A DNA stretch of 64,000 nucleotides from Berkelbacteria bacterium GW2011_GWE1_39_12 (lineage in GTDB: Bacteria; Patescibacteriota; UBA1384; UBA12157). Both the position numbers and the translations under genes were made by a program. Where the stretch lies: positions 524,613 through 588,612 of the forward strand of contig CP011213.1 of assembly GCA_001029735.1 (NCBI GenBank). The letters run 5' to 3'. Shown here in pieces: positions 52,968 to 61,943 of this stretch (its first letter is position 1; the number at the start of each line of letters is the position of its first letter). Below the pieces are notes generated by a model that was given only the letters and a program-made list of their open reading frames with translations, made no database searches and was not told the DNA's origin.

Positions 52968-53028
52968 ATAGTTGAAAAGCCATGGCTTTTCAACGCGGAA
53001 ATTTAATAATTTTGGTTATTAAATTATA
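52968..53028 (+). repeat. GCGGA double-hairpin element, copy E (overlaps the putative grpE promoter)
   Basis: ATA-GTTGAAAAGCCATGGCTTTTCAAC-GCGGA-AATTTAATAA ttttgg TTATTAAATT-ATA; minus strand TTGAAA-17-TATACT. Confidence 0.8.
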
Positions 53029-53052
53029 CTAAAGGGGGAGCGTGATGTAAAG

Positions 53053-54522
53053 ATGAAGTTACAACGAATTGGACTCTCAAGATTTACGTTGAGTTTTTTA
53101 GGGCTTTTCTTAATCGGTATATTTTTGGGCGATTTTACCCAAATCGTTTTTTATTATTTTTTGCTTTTGGTTTTTGTTCTCATTGTTATCGCATTATTTA
53201 TTCGAAAGAAAAATTTAACCGTTCTAATTCTTATAGCGCTTTGTGGCCTAAGTTCTGGTTTGGCCGATTACAGATATTTCGACGCAAAAGAAACCGCAAA
53301 AAAAATTAGCTATGGCAAATCGGAATTTGAGGTCATGGTTGAATCTTCAATCGTAAAAAACAATACTCAGCAAATTATCGCAAAATACAAAAACACAAAA
53401 CTGCAAATCGATGCGCCACTTTATCCGGCATTTAATTATGGCGACAAGCTAAAAGTTAAGGGCGAGATTCAGGATCCGAAAGATTTAAAATTCAACGATT
53501 TCGATTACGGTAATTATTTATTAAAAAAAGGAATAAGGGGTACGGTAAAAAATCCGAAAAAAATCGCAAAGATTGATTGGCAGGGGAATAAGATTATTTC
53601 GCAGATTCTAAAAATCAGCAATACTTTCGCGATTATTATTAATAAAGAACTACCAGAACCAATGTCGACTTTGATGATCGGTTTGATAATGGGTTTAAAA
53701 CAGCAGCTGCCGGATTCCGTTTCGACCGCTTTTCAACGAACCGGACTTTCCCATGTCACCGCCGTCTCTGGCTACAATGTTACAATCATCATTATTTGGC
53801 TTTCCTTTTTGTTAACGTATATTTCTCGACGCGCTTCTTTTTTTGGCACAATTTTAGCGACTATTATGTTTGTGGTTCTAACTGGCGCCGGCGCGTCTGT
53901 CATGCGTGCCGGAATTTTAGCGATATTAATTTTGTTTGGAAAACATATTGGCCGCAAAGCTTACTATCCGATTCTAATTTTACTCGTGGCTGATAGCATG
54001 TTGATAATAAATCCTTATGCGCTAAAAAACGACGCCTCTTTTCAGTTGTCATTTTTAGCTTTTATCGGTTTGATGATCTTATCTTCGCCAATTTCTAAAA
54101 TTAAATATATCCAATTTATTCCAGAAAATCTAAGAACAGTTTTATCCGAAACGCTGGGCGCCCAAATCCTAGTCTTACCGATCTTAATTTATAATTTCGG
54201 TTTGGTTTCGGTTATCGCGCCATTGGCTAATATTTTAGTTTTGCCTTTTATACCTTTGGCGATGCTTCTCGGCTTTATTTCTGGTATAACCGGTTTAATT
54301 TGGTTGAAAGCTGGCATTTTTGTCGCTAATTTTGCTTGGCTTATCTTAAAATATATTTTAGTGGTGGTTGATAATTTTAGTCGTTTTCCATGGGCCGCTT
54401 TCAGTCTAAAAAATAAAGAATGGTGGTGGATCCCGCTTTACTATATTATTATATTTATATTACTCAGACATAAAAACGAGACGTCATCCCGTGACCGGCC
54501 GGTGGCAGGATCCGGGATCTAA
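53053..54522 (+). CDS. comEC: ComEC/Rec2 competence membrane protein
   Basis: FQRTGLSHVTAVSGYNV, SVMRAGI and SFQLSFLA motifs. Confidence 0.92.
   Translation: MKLQRIGLSRFTLSFLGLFLIGIFLGDFTQIVFYYFLLLVFVLIVIALFIRKKNLTVLILIALCGLSSGLADYRYFDAKETAKKISYGKSEFEVMVESSIVKNNTQQIIAKYKNTKLQIDAPLYPAFNYGDKLKVKGEIQDPKDLKFNDFDYGNYLLKKGIRGTVKNPKKIAKIDWQGNKIISQILKISNTFAIIINKELPEPMSTLMIGLIMGLKQQLPDSVSTAFQRTGLSHVTAVSGYNVTIIIIWLSFLLTYISRRASFFGTILATIMFVVLTGAGASVMRAGILAILILFGKHIGRKAYYPILILLVADSMLIINPYALKNDASFQLSFLAFIGLMILSSPISKIKYIQFIPENLRTVLSETLGAQILVLPILIYNFGLVSVIAPLANILVLPFIPLAMLLGFISGITGLIWLKAGIFVANFAWLILKYILVVVDNFSRFPWAAFSLKNKEWWWIPLYYIIIFILLRHKNETSSRDRPVAGSGI
54482..54520. repeat. REP-like palindrome at the comEC 3' end with a nested GC-rich insert
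   Basis: gtcATCCCGtga-ccggccggtggcagg-atcCGGGATct. Confidence 0.45.
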
Positions 54523-54550
54523 TTTGTGATAGCGCAAGAAGAATTTTAAA

Positions 54551-55420
54551 ATGATTAAAAACCGCTTACAATTTATCTTTGGATTTCTATTAGTTAGCGC
54601 CGTAATTATTTGGGCTGGCTATTTCACTAATTCGAACGCTGATACAAATAACACTGATCACATTTATTTTTTAGATGTCGGTCAGGGTGATAGCGAGTAC
54701 ATTAAACTGCGCGACGGCAGTGACATTCTAATCGACGGCGGCCCAGATCAAAAAGTGCTCACTGAGCTGGGAAGAGTCATGGATTTCGGTGACAGAAAAA
54801 TCGACTTGGTTATTTTAACTCATCCCCATGCCGATCACTTAACAGGTTTAATTTCCGTCATTAACAGGTTCGAAATTGGAGAAGTTTGGGAGTCTGGGGT
54901 AGAGTATCCATCCTCTGTCTATGATCAATGGAAAAACGACATTAAAACAAAGAATATTTCCGATAGCTTTGTAACGGCTGGAAAATCACAATCGTTTAAT
55001 TTTGGCCAAACAAAATTTTCCGTGCTCTATCCCCTTCTTCCGGAAAAAAATTTGAAAATTGATGATCTAAATAATTCATCGGTTATTACACAGCTTAGCG
55101 ATGGTAGAATTTCTTTTCTCTTTTTAGGTGATGCGCAGCTTGAAGCTCAACAAAAAATTTTAAATCAGCTTAACTTAATTACCGTTTTAAAAGTTGGCCA
55201 CCATGGGTCGAGTAATGGGACATTAGATGATTTATTAAAAATCACGCGGCCCGCTGTCGGTGTAATTGAAGTCGGTAAAGATAATACCTATGGTCATCCG
55301 GCGTCATCGGTAATCAATTTATTGAAGTCTTATGCAGTACGGATTTATCGCACTGACCAAAATGGTACGGTAGAAATTAGTACTGATGGGAAAAGCTATA
55401 ACATAAAAACTAATTTTTGA
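54551..55420 (+). CDS. ComEC-type metallo-beta-lactamase fold protein
   Basis: FLDVGQGDS, THPHADH, KVGHHGS and NTYGHP motifs. Confidence 0.92.
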   Translation: MIKNRLQFIFGFLLVSAVIIWAGYFTNSNADTNNTDHIYFLDVGQGDSEYIKLRDGSDILIDGGPDQKVLTELGRVMDFGDRKIDLVILTHPHADHLTGLISVINRFEIGEVWESGVEYPSSVYDQWKNDIKTKNISDSFVTAGKSQSFNFGQTKFSVLYPLLPEKNLKIDDLNNSSVITQLSDGRISFLFLGDAQLEAQQKILNQLNLITVLKVGHHGSSNGTLDDLLKITRPAVGVIEVGKDNTYGHPASSVINLLKSYAVRIYRTDQNGTVEISTDGKSYNIKTNF

Positions 55421-55482
55421 CAATTTCTTCAATAAGTTTAAAATGAAAGAGTAAAGTTATTTAAAATTGTGAGGAGTAAATT

Positions 55483-55950
55483 ATGGCAAGCGAAAATGAT
55501 CCCGACTTCGAAGGTGAAGAGCAAAGACCAGAGGATTTTACAGCGCCTGGAACAGGCAAGCCAAATATGGAAGAGATATACAGAAAAACAGGAGAAGCAA
55601 TGAGAAAAGGAGAAACGATTTTATATGAAAATAGGCAGGAACGTTTAAGTAGATTTAGTTCAGAGCAGCGATCGATGCTTAGATTATTAAGAGATGCGGC
55701 TGAATTTAGACTGACCAGATCCATAGAATTGTATCGAGAAAATCGCAGAAAAGAAGAGGAACAAGGAATCAATACCGTCATTCGCAAAGAAAAAAATCCT
55801 TCACAGTTACTTTTAGTAAGCATTGATGATTTTATCATTGAGGGAGATCCCGAAAATGTTGATGATTTCTTTCATAAAATTATGAAGAGACTTGTAGAAG
55901 AGGGGCAAGAGCAGGATGAAAAATATTTTGCAACAAAACTGGAACTTTAA
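55483..55950 (+). CDS. Acidic orphan protein with EQRPEDFTAPGTG N-terminal motif
   Basis: GAGGAG SD, 155 aa. Confidence 0.78.
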   Translation: MASENDPDFEGEEQRPEDFTAPGTGKPNMEEIYRKTGEAMRKGETILYENRQERLSRFSSEQRSMLRLLRDAAEFRLTRSIELYRENRRKEEEQGINTVIRKEKNPSQLLLVSIDDFIIEGDPENVDDFFHKIMKRLVEEGQEQDEKYFATKLEL

Positions 55951-55964
55951 GCAGAAATTAAATT

Positions 55965-56702
55965 ATGTCAGGACACAGTAAATGGTCACAAATTAAACGT
56001 CAAAAAGGTGCGGCCGATGTTAAGCGCGGCGCTTCTTTTTCGAAACTATCAAATGCTATTATTGTCGCAGCAAAAAACGGCGGCGGTGATCCTGGAAATA
56101 ATTTTACCTTGAAGATGGCAATTGAAAGAGCTAAAGCAGTCAGTATGCCTAAAGACACAATCGAACGGGCGATTAAACGAGGTACGGGTGAAATCGCTGG
56201 CGCAGCTATCGACGAAGTTTTGTACGAAATTATTGCAACTGACAATGTTGGCATTTTAGTTGAGGCGGCGACTGATAATAGAAATCGCACGACCGCCGAA
56301 TTGAAAAATGTTTTGACTAAATGCGGCGGTAAGCTAGCTAGCTCAGGCGCTGTTTCTTATCAATATAACAAAATGGGCAAGCTCCTAGTGGAAGTCGGCG
56401 AGAATCCGCCAGCTGGCGGAAAAGAAGAATTAGAGCTAGCGTTAATCGATGCCGGCGCGGAAGATTTTACCGAAGAAGATAATGCTATTGCCGTTTACAC
56501 TAAGCCAAACGAATTAGAATTAACTAAAAAAGCACTTGAAGCGCAAGGGTTAAACATATTAGAAGCGGGTCTGACTTACGAGCCGCAAAGTACTATAAAA
56601 CTTGAAGAAAAAGAAAAAGCAGATAAGATGATTAAATTAATGGAATCGTTAGAAGATCTCGAAGATGTGACGGCAGTCTACGCCAATTTTGAACTCGAAT
56701 AG
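55965..56702 (+). CDS. yebC: YebC/PmpR family protein
   Basis: MSGHSKWSQIKRQKG and TDNRNRT motifs. Confidence 0.95.
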   Translation: MSGHSKWSQIKRQKGAADVKRGASFSKLSNAIIVAAKNGGGDPGNNFTLKMAIERAKAVSMPKDTIERAIKRGTGEIAGAAIDEVLYEIIATDNVGILVEAATDNRNRTTAELKNVLTKCGGKLASSGAVSYQYNKMGKLLVEVGENPPAGGKEELELALIDAGAEDFTEEDNAIAVYTKPNELELTKKALEAQGLNILEAGLTYEPQSTIKLEEKEKADKMIKLMESLEDLEDVTAVYANFELE

Positions 56703-56742
56703 AAATTCATATATGATGGTCTTATAAGTAAGGAGGTTTCTC

Positions 56743-57261
56743 TTGCGTATTTTAGGTATTGATCCTGGTAGTGCTCGTTGCGGTTGGGGAGTTATTGATA
56801 TTACAGAAGAAAAAGGCCAACCGGCTTGGGTGGCACATGGTTGTATTGAAACAGAAAAAACCATGGAAGCATGCGAAAAATTAAATCGAGTTTTTAATGA
56901 TATAATGAGTTTGATAGAACAGTATAAACCAAATATGGTTTCGCTTGAATTGCTCTTTATGTTTAATAATCAAAAAACGGTGATGAAAATTGCCGAGGCG
57001 CGTGGTGTAATATTACTGGCTTGTGCCAAGAAAGGCCTTGCCTTGCAAACTTTTGAATATACACCGATGCAGGTAAAGCTGGCAGTAACTGGTTACGGCC
57101 GAAGTGATAAAAAACAGGTGATGGAAGAAGTAATTAAAGCTCTAAATCCACAGCGAAATATTAGTTCCGGGAAAAAAGATGGTTTTGATGATGCGGCTGA
57201 TGCGTTAGCTGTGGCCATGGCTCATTTTCACAAATATATTGAAGAGGGGATAAAAGAGTAA
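56743..57261 (+). CDS. ruvC: Holliday junction resolvase RuvC
   Basis: RILGIDPG, EYTPMQVKLAVTGYG and DDAADALAVA motifs. Confidence 0.95.
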   Translation: MRILGIDPGSARCGWGVIDITEEKGQPAWVAHGCIETEKTMEACEKLNRVFNDIMSLIEQYKPNMVSLELLFMFNNQKTVMKIAEARGVILLACAKKGLALQTFEYTPMQVKLAVTGYGRSDKKQVMEEVIKALNPQRNISSGKKDGFDDAADALAVAMAHFHKYIEEGIKE

Positions 57262-57298
57262 CGCTTCGGGTTTGTCTCAGCTAAAAAAGGAGAGAGGA

Positions 57299-58270
57299 AT
57301 GTCTAAATTAAGACAGAATATTATAACAGGCGAATGGGTGGTAATTTCGCCGGAGCGGTCTCAAAGGCCGGAAGATTATGTGATGGCGTCTTCCGCCAAG
57401 CGTGGCATCCCATTGGATTGCCCTTTTTGTGTCACCAATAATAATGCTTACCGTTTTTCAATCAAAGAAGCAGAAACTAAAAATGTTTATGTCATCCCAA
57501 ATAAATACCCGGCATTTTCCAAAGCTGACGGTGTGATTGATGAAGGCGACGGTTTCTACCAAAACTCCAAAGCACTCGGAGGACATGAAGTTATTATATT
57601 AAAAGATCATGAACAAGATGTTTATGACGACGGCGTGGAAATTACAGACGAGCTTATTGGCGTCTATCGCGACCGTTATAATTTTTACGATCAGGACCCA
57701 ACGATTGAATATACGATGTTAATTCATAATCACGGTCCGGAAGCGGGTGCTTCCATTGATCACCCTCACTCCCAGCTTTTTGCTTCAGCTATTGTACCAA
57801 GCTATATTCAAAAAGAATTAGAAAACACCAAAGCTTATTTTGAAGCAAATAAAAAATGTGTTTTTTGTGAAATGAATAAAGTTGAGAAAGAAAACAACCA
57901 CCGAGTTGTTTACGAAAATGACGAGTTTATAGTTTTTACTGTTTTTGCCGCGCGTTTTCCTTTTGAGATGTGGGTTGTGCCAAAAAAACATCAACCGCAA
58001 TTTGAAAAAATTTCGGCCGAGACTCAACTACAATTAGCCGATGCGATGAGAAATGTTTTACAAAAATTAAACAAATCTTTAAATTTTCCTCCATTTAATT
58101 ATTGGATCCACACCTTGCCTCATCATGAAGCAGGCGCCAGTGAATACTATCATTGGCATGTGGAAATCGCACCGCGCATTTCCAAATTTGGTGGTTACGA
58201 AATGGGCTCTGGTGTAGTAATAGATGTTGTCTCGCCGGAAGTGGCAGCAGAGTTCCTTAGGAAAGCATAA
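57299..58270 (+). CDS. galT: GalT-family nucleotidylyltransferase
   Basis: CPFC, NKYPA, GASIDHPHSQ and HWHVEI motifs. Confidence 0.88.
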   Translation: MSKLRQNIITGEWVVISPERSQRPEDYVMASSAKRGIPLDCPFCVTNNNAYRFSIKEAETKNVYVIPNKYPAFSKADGVIDEGDGFYQNSKALGGHEVIILKDHEQDVYDDGVEITDELIGVYRDRYNFYDQDPTIEYTMLIHNHGPEAGASIDHPHSQLFASAIVPSYIQKELENTKAYFEANKKCVFCEMNKVEKENNHRVVYENDEFIVFTVFAARFPFEMWVVPKKHQPQFEKISAETQLQLADAMRNVLQKLNKSLNFPPFNYWIHTLPHHEAGASEYYHWHVEIAPRISKFGGYEMGSGVVIDVVSPEVAAEFLRKA

Positions 58271-58376
58271 TCTAAATGAGAGCCGCGGAAATTTTGCCCC
58301 ACAAAATTATGGGCTCTGGTGTAGTAATAGATGTTGTCTCGCCGGAAGTGGCAGCAGAGTTCCTTAGGAAAGCATA
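58202..58376 (+). repeat. 68-bp direct duplication of the galT 3' end flanking GCGGA element copy F
   Basis: 58202-58269 is identical to 58309-58376; between them lies AGAGCC-GCGGA-AATTTTG cccca CAAAATT. Confidence 0.92.
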
Positions 58377-58459
58377 GTGAAAGAGGTTTGAAAGATTGAT
58401 TAAAAGCCCCCTACGTGTTACAATACAGGGCAAAGTAAATACACAAGTAAATTATACAT

Positions 58460-59797
58460 ATGAACAAAGAAATATCTCAAAAAAACGCTAGCATTTCGGC
58501 GATTATTCCTGCATTTAATGAAGCCAAGACAGTATGCAAAGTAATCGAGGAAGTATTGAAGCTCAGAGAAGTCTCAGAGCTTATTTTGGTGAATGATGCT
58601 AGTACGGATCAAACTGAAACTAAAATTAAAAAATATAAAGACGATCCTCGCTTTATTTGTATTCGTCACAACAAAAATAAGGGTAAGGGAGACTCTTTAA
58701 GGGACGGTATTGCGAAAGCAAAGAATGAGGTAATATTGCTTTTAGATGCTGATTTAAGAAATATTACTTCCCAAAAAATACGTAAAATTTTCTCGCCCGT
58801 TCTACGAGGCGAAGTTGATGTTGCTCGCGCTGGCTTTCGAAGGAAAAGAGGCCGTGTGACTGAGTATGCCGTAAAGCCAATGATGAAAGTTCTTTTTCCA
58901 GATATTAATTTTGAACAACCGATTAGTGGACAGATTTGTGCTAAAAAGAACTTTTTGAACCAAGTTAAATTTGAAAGTCGCTACGGTGTGGATATCGGCT
59001 TACTCTTCGATGCGATTGAGTTGGGTCAGAAGGTAATTGAAGTTGATATCGGAAGATTAGAGCATAAAGAGAATAACGAAGAAACAATTACGGAAATGTC
59101 ACGTCAAGTATTAGAGACCATGATCAAAAAAGCTGGGTTAATTCAGCATAAATATCGTTTGGTTGTTTTTACTTTAGATAACACTCTTTTACCGCAAAAA
59201 TCACTCGAAAAAATTTTTATCGCCTTGGGTATAAAAACAAAACAAATTGATTTGAAGCAAAAATTAGATTCGGGAGACATCACATTCAAAGAATTTATTA
59301 AAGATTCTGCCGCTTTACTTAAAGACGTCCCGATTGAAAAAATCGACAAAGCTGTAAACGAAGTAGAGGTCATGAAATACGCATACGAAGTAATCCATGC
59401 GCTTAAAAAAAGAAGATATCAAGTTGCTATAATTAGTTCTAATTTTTCACCTATCGTCTACCCAATTGCAAAACGGCTAGGTGTTGATCTGGTTGATTGC
59501 GTTTCGTTAGAGAGCCATAATCATCAAATACTCACGGGCAATATTTACAACCGTTCGGCAAATCGTTGGCTTGAAGATAATGCAGAGACGGCTTTCTCAA
59601 AAGCATTTACTTCAATTTTAAACCGTGCAAAAGTAAAACCTTTGCAGACAATAATGGTGGCAAATAGTGAAAAATGCAGTGCACTTTTCCTCAAGGCCGG
59701 ACTTTCAATTGCTTTTAAGCCAAAAGATAAATCATTAAAAGAAGTTGCGAATAAGACTATTTCAATTTTGCCAGAACTTTTGGCAATCATGGAATAA
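58460..59797 (+). CDS. GpgS-like glycosyltransferase fused to a degenerate HAD/SerB-like domain
   Basis: DADL, GRVTEYAVKP, QPISGQ and YGVDIGLLFD motifs; HAD motif I reads VFTLDNTL. Confidence 0.78.
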   Translation: MNKEISQKNASISAIIPAFNEAKTVCKVIEEVLKLREVSELILVNDASTDQTETKIKKYKDDPRFICIRHNKNKGKGDSLRDGIAKAKNEVILLLDADLRNITSQKIRKIFSPVLRGEVDVARAGFRRKRGRVTEYAVKPMMKVLFPDINFEQPISGQICAKKNFLNQVKFESRYGVDIGLLFDAIELGQKVIEVDIGRLEHKENNEETITEMSRQVLETMIKKAGLIQHKYRLVVFTLDNTLLPQKSLEKIFIALGIKTKQIDLKQKLDSGDITFKEFIKDSAALLKDVPIEKIDKAVNEVEVMKYAYEVIHALKKRRYQVAIISSNFSPIVYPIAKRLGVDLVDCVSLESHNHQILTGNIYNRSANRWLEDNAETAFSKAFTSILNRAKVKPLQTIMVANSEKCSALFLKAGLSIAFKPKDKSLKEVANKTISILPELLAIME

Positions 59798-59814
59798 AAT
59801 TATTTAGGAAAAAA

Positions 59815-60846
59815 ATGCCCGAAAGTCTCAATTTCGAAGGTATTTCTCAGCCAGAATTCAATGAAAGAGAAGAAAAGAAACCTATAGACGCTTTGGTTGT
59901 TTTTGGTGGAGGGATTGTTTCTGACAATTCTTATAGAGCTAGAGAAAGTGGCAAGTCTTTGATAGGCCATCCGGAAGGTGGTTGGCGTTTACCTTTGAGT
60001 GCCAAATTAAGAGTATTAGCTACTGCAGATTTATTTTCAAAAGGGATGGTTGGCGATGTGATTTTAACCGGAGGAGCGGTCAAAGAGAAGGAAGGTTTTT
60101 TAACCTCCGAAGCTGCTTTAATGAAGAAATATCTTCGCCAAAAATTAATTCATAAATGGCAAAGAGAAGCGCTTGAAATTGCTCGAAGCCATGGTGAAGT
60201 TTCAGATGAAAAAGAAGGGCAAGCAAGACAAAGCGCGGAAGAAAAATGGTTAGAATCTGAACCGCATATTATTCTAGAAGATAAGGCAACGAATACAATT
60301 GAGAATTTTGCATATACTGTAAATTATCTAGAAAAAAATAAAGCAAAATATCAAAATATTTCTTTGCTTTCAAATAATTTTCATATTGATCGGATCACTA
60401 AGCTGGCTAAAAAATTTGCAGTTGATGGGAAAGGAATTGGCGCGGAAACTATAATGTCTCAAATTGACCCAAGATATGATCAACTGATACAAAACTATCT
60501 AAATCCGGAAAAAAATGATGAGTATAGACAGGAAATAATTGATTCTGTGCCCGACGAAGAAAAGCAAAAATATCTAGCTCGTTTAGGCGGATCAGCAAAA
60601 GATGCGATGAAAAGTGAGAAGCGTTTTAGTCGAGGGCTTGATGAAATTCCGGAGTATTGGCTGCCGAATGTAAAGCATATTGAAAATTTTGATTATCTAA
60701 AGCAGATTTTAGCAGCAGAGGAAAAGACTCAGGAAGTATTAGAAGAGAAGGGAATTCCAAATGTAAATGAGGCGAGTGAAGAAGAAGTGAGAAACGTTTT
60801 AGATAATTTAGAGAGAATAATTCCGCCTGAAGAATGGGGAGAATAA
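59815..60846 (+). CDS. YdcF/DUF218 family protein
   Basis: ALVVFGGG, ILTGG, SEAALM, LEDKATNTIEN and SNNFHIDR motifs. Confidence 0.82.
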   Translation: MPESLNFEGISQPEFNEREEKKPIDALVVFGGGIVSDNSYRARESGKSLIGHPEGGWRLPLSAKLRVLATADLFSKGMVGDVILTGGAVKEKEGFLTSEAALMKKYLRQKLIHKWQREALEIARSHGEVSDEKEGQARQSAEEKWLESEPHIILEDKATNTIENFAYTVNYLEKNKAKYQNISLLSNNFHIDRITKLAKKFAVDGKGIGAETIMSQIDPRYDQLIQNYLNPEKNDEYRQEIIDSVPDEEKQKYLARLGGSAKDAMKSEKRFSRGLDEIPEYWLPNVKHIENFDYLKQILAAEEKTQEVLEEKGIPNVNEASEEEVRNVLDNLERIIPPEEWGE

Positions 60847-60848
60847 TA

Positions 60849-61943
60849 ATGGATAAATTAAAAATTGCGGTTTTGGCGCCGTTAACGCGCCCAATTGAAA
60901 ACGACCCACGAGGTGCAAGAGCTCGGATTGTTTACGATTTAGTGAAGGGTTTAGTTGAAAAAGGTCATGAAGTGACTACTTTTTGCACGGGTAATTCGAC
61001 AATTCCTGGAAAAATAGTACCGATTGCCCCTGTCGCGGTATTTCAAATGGATGCAGAGAACCCGTTTTATCAGCACATGATTTATTTATGTCGAATGATG
61101 GATGAGGTTATAAAGCGTGAGGGTGAATTCGATTTGATACACAGTCACCTTTATCCTGAAGTATTGCCCATTACTTTTGATCAGTTTTTGAAAAAACCTT
61201 TGTTAGTTACTCCTCATCAATTTGTTTCTGGTGAAGTTGCCGAGAACTATAAGGCTCATTCTAAAGCAAGCTATATTGCTGTATCTAATTATCAAGTTCA
61301 AGAGGAACCACAGATTAACTTCATTGGAACTGTCCACAACGGTGTTGCTTTAAATGAATTCGATTTCAATGATAGCTCTGAAGATTATTTATTATTTTTT
61401 GGTCGCATGAAAGAATTTGTTGAAATTGACGGTAAGAGTGTTGATCCAAAAGGCGTAACGAACGCCATTAAAATTGCCCAAAAAGCTGGTATGCGACTGA
61501 AAATTGCTGGAAATGTTGAATCTCAAGCATTCTTTGATAGAGAAATTAAACCTTATCTTGGCGAACAAATTGAATTTGTTGGTCCAATCGACTCTTTTGG
61601 TCCAATATCAGTAGAGCAAAAAGTTAAATTATACAAAAATGCCAAAGCATTTTTATTTCCGATAAATTTAGTTGAAGCATTTGGTATGACAATGCTTGAA
61701 TCAATGGCCTGTGGCACACCGGTCATCGGCTCAGATTTAGGCGCAACTTCAGAAGCTATCATCGATGGCAAAACTGGTTTTCTTGTACCACCTGGCGATA
61801 TTGATGCCGCAGTAGCAGCAGCTAAGAAAATCGATCAAATTGATCGAAAAAATTGTCGCAAACATATTGAAGAAAATTTCACAGTCGAAAAAATGGTGGC
61901 AGAGTACGAAGGAATGTATCAAAAAGTACTAAAGACTAATTAA
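60849..61943 (+). CDS. Glycosyltransferase family 4
   Basis: TVHNGV and EAFGMTMLESMACGTPVI motifs. Confidence 0.92.
   Translation: MDKLKIAVLAPLTRPIENDPRGARARIVYDLVKGLVEKGHEVTTFCTGNSTIPGKIVPIAPVAVFQMDAENPFYQHMIYLCRMMDEVIKREGEFDLIHSHLYPEVLPITFDQFLKKPLLVTPHQFVSGEVAENYKAHSKASYIAVSNYQVQEEPQINFIGTVHNGVALNEFDFNDSSEDYLLFFGRMKEFVEIDGKSVDPKGVTNAIKIAQKAGMRLKIAGNVESQAFFDREIKPYLGEQIEFVGPIDSFGPISVEQKVKLYKNAKAFLFPINLVEAFGMTMLESMACGTPVIGSDLGATSEAIIDGKTGFLVPPGDIDAAVAAAKKIDQIDRKNCRKHIEENFTVEKMVAEYEGMYQKVLKTN

Noticed and set aside
50785-53050. CIRCE/HrcA operator
   Set aside because: No TTAGCACTC-N9-GAGTGCTAA found upstream of dnaK or grpE.
55461-55838. Antisense 125-aa ORF and other short overlapping ORFs in the track
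   Set aside because: They lie opposite or within better-supported genes and have no SD or recognisable motifs.
58202-58376. Diversity-generating retroelement TR/VR pair
   Set aside because: The copies are identical, with no adenine-specific differences, and there is no reverse transcriptase in the window.
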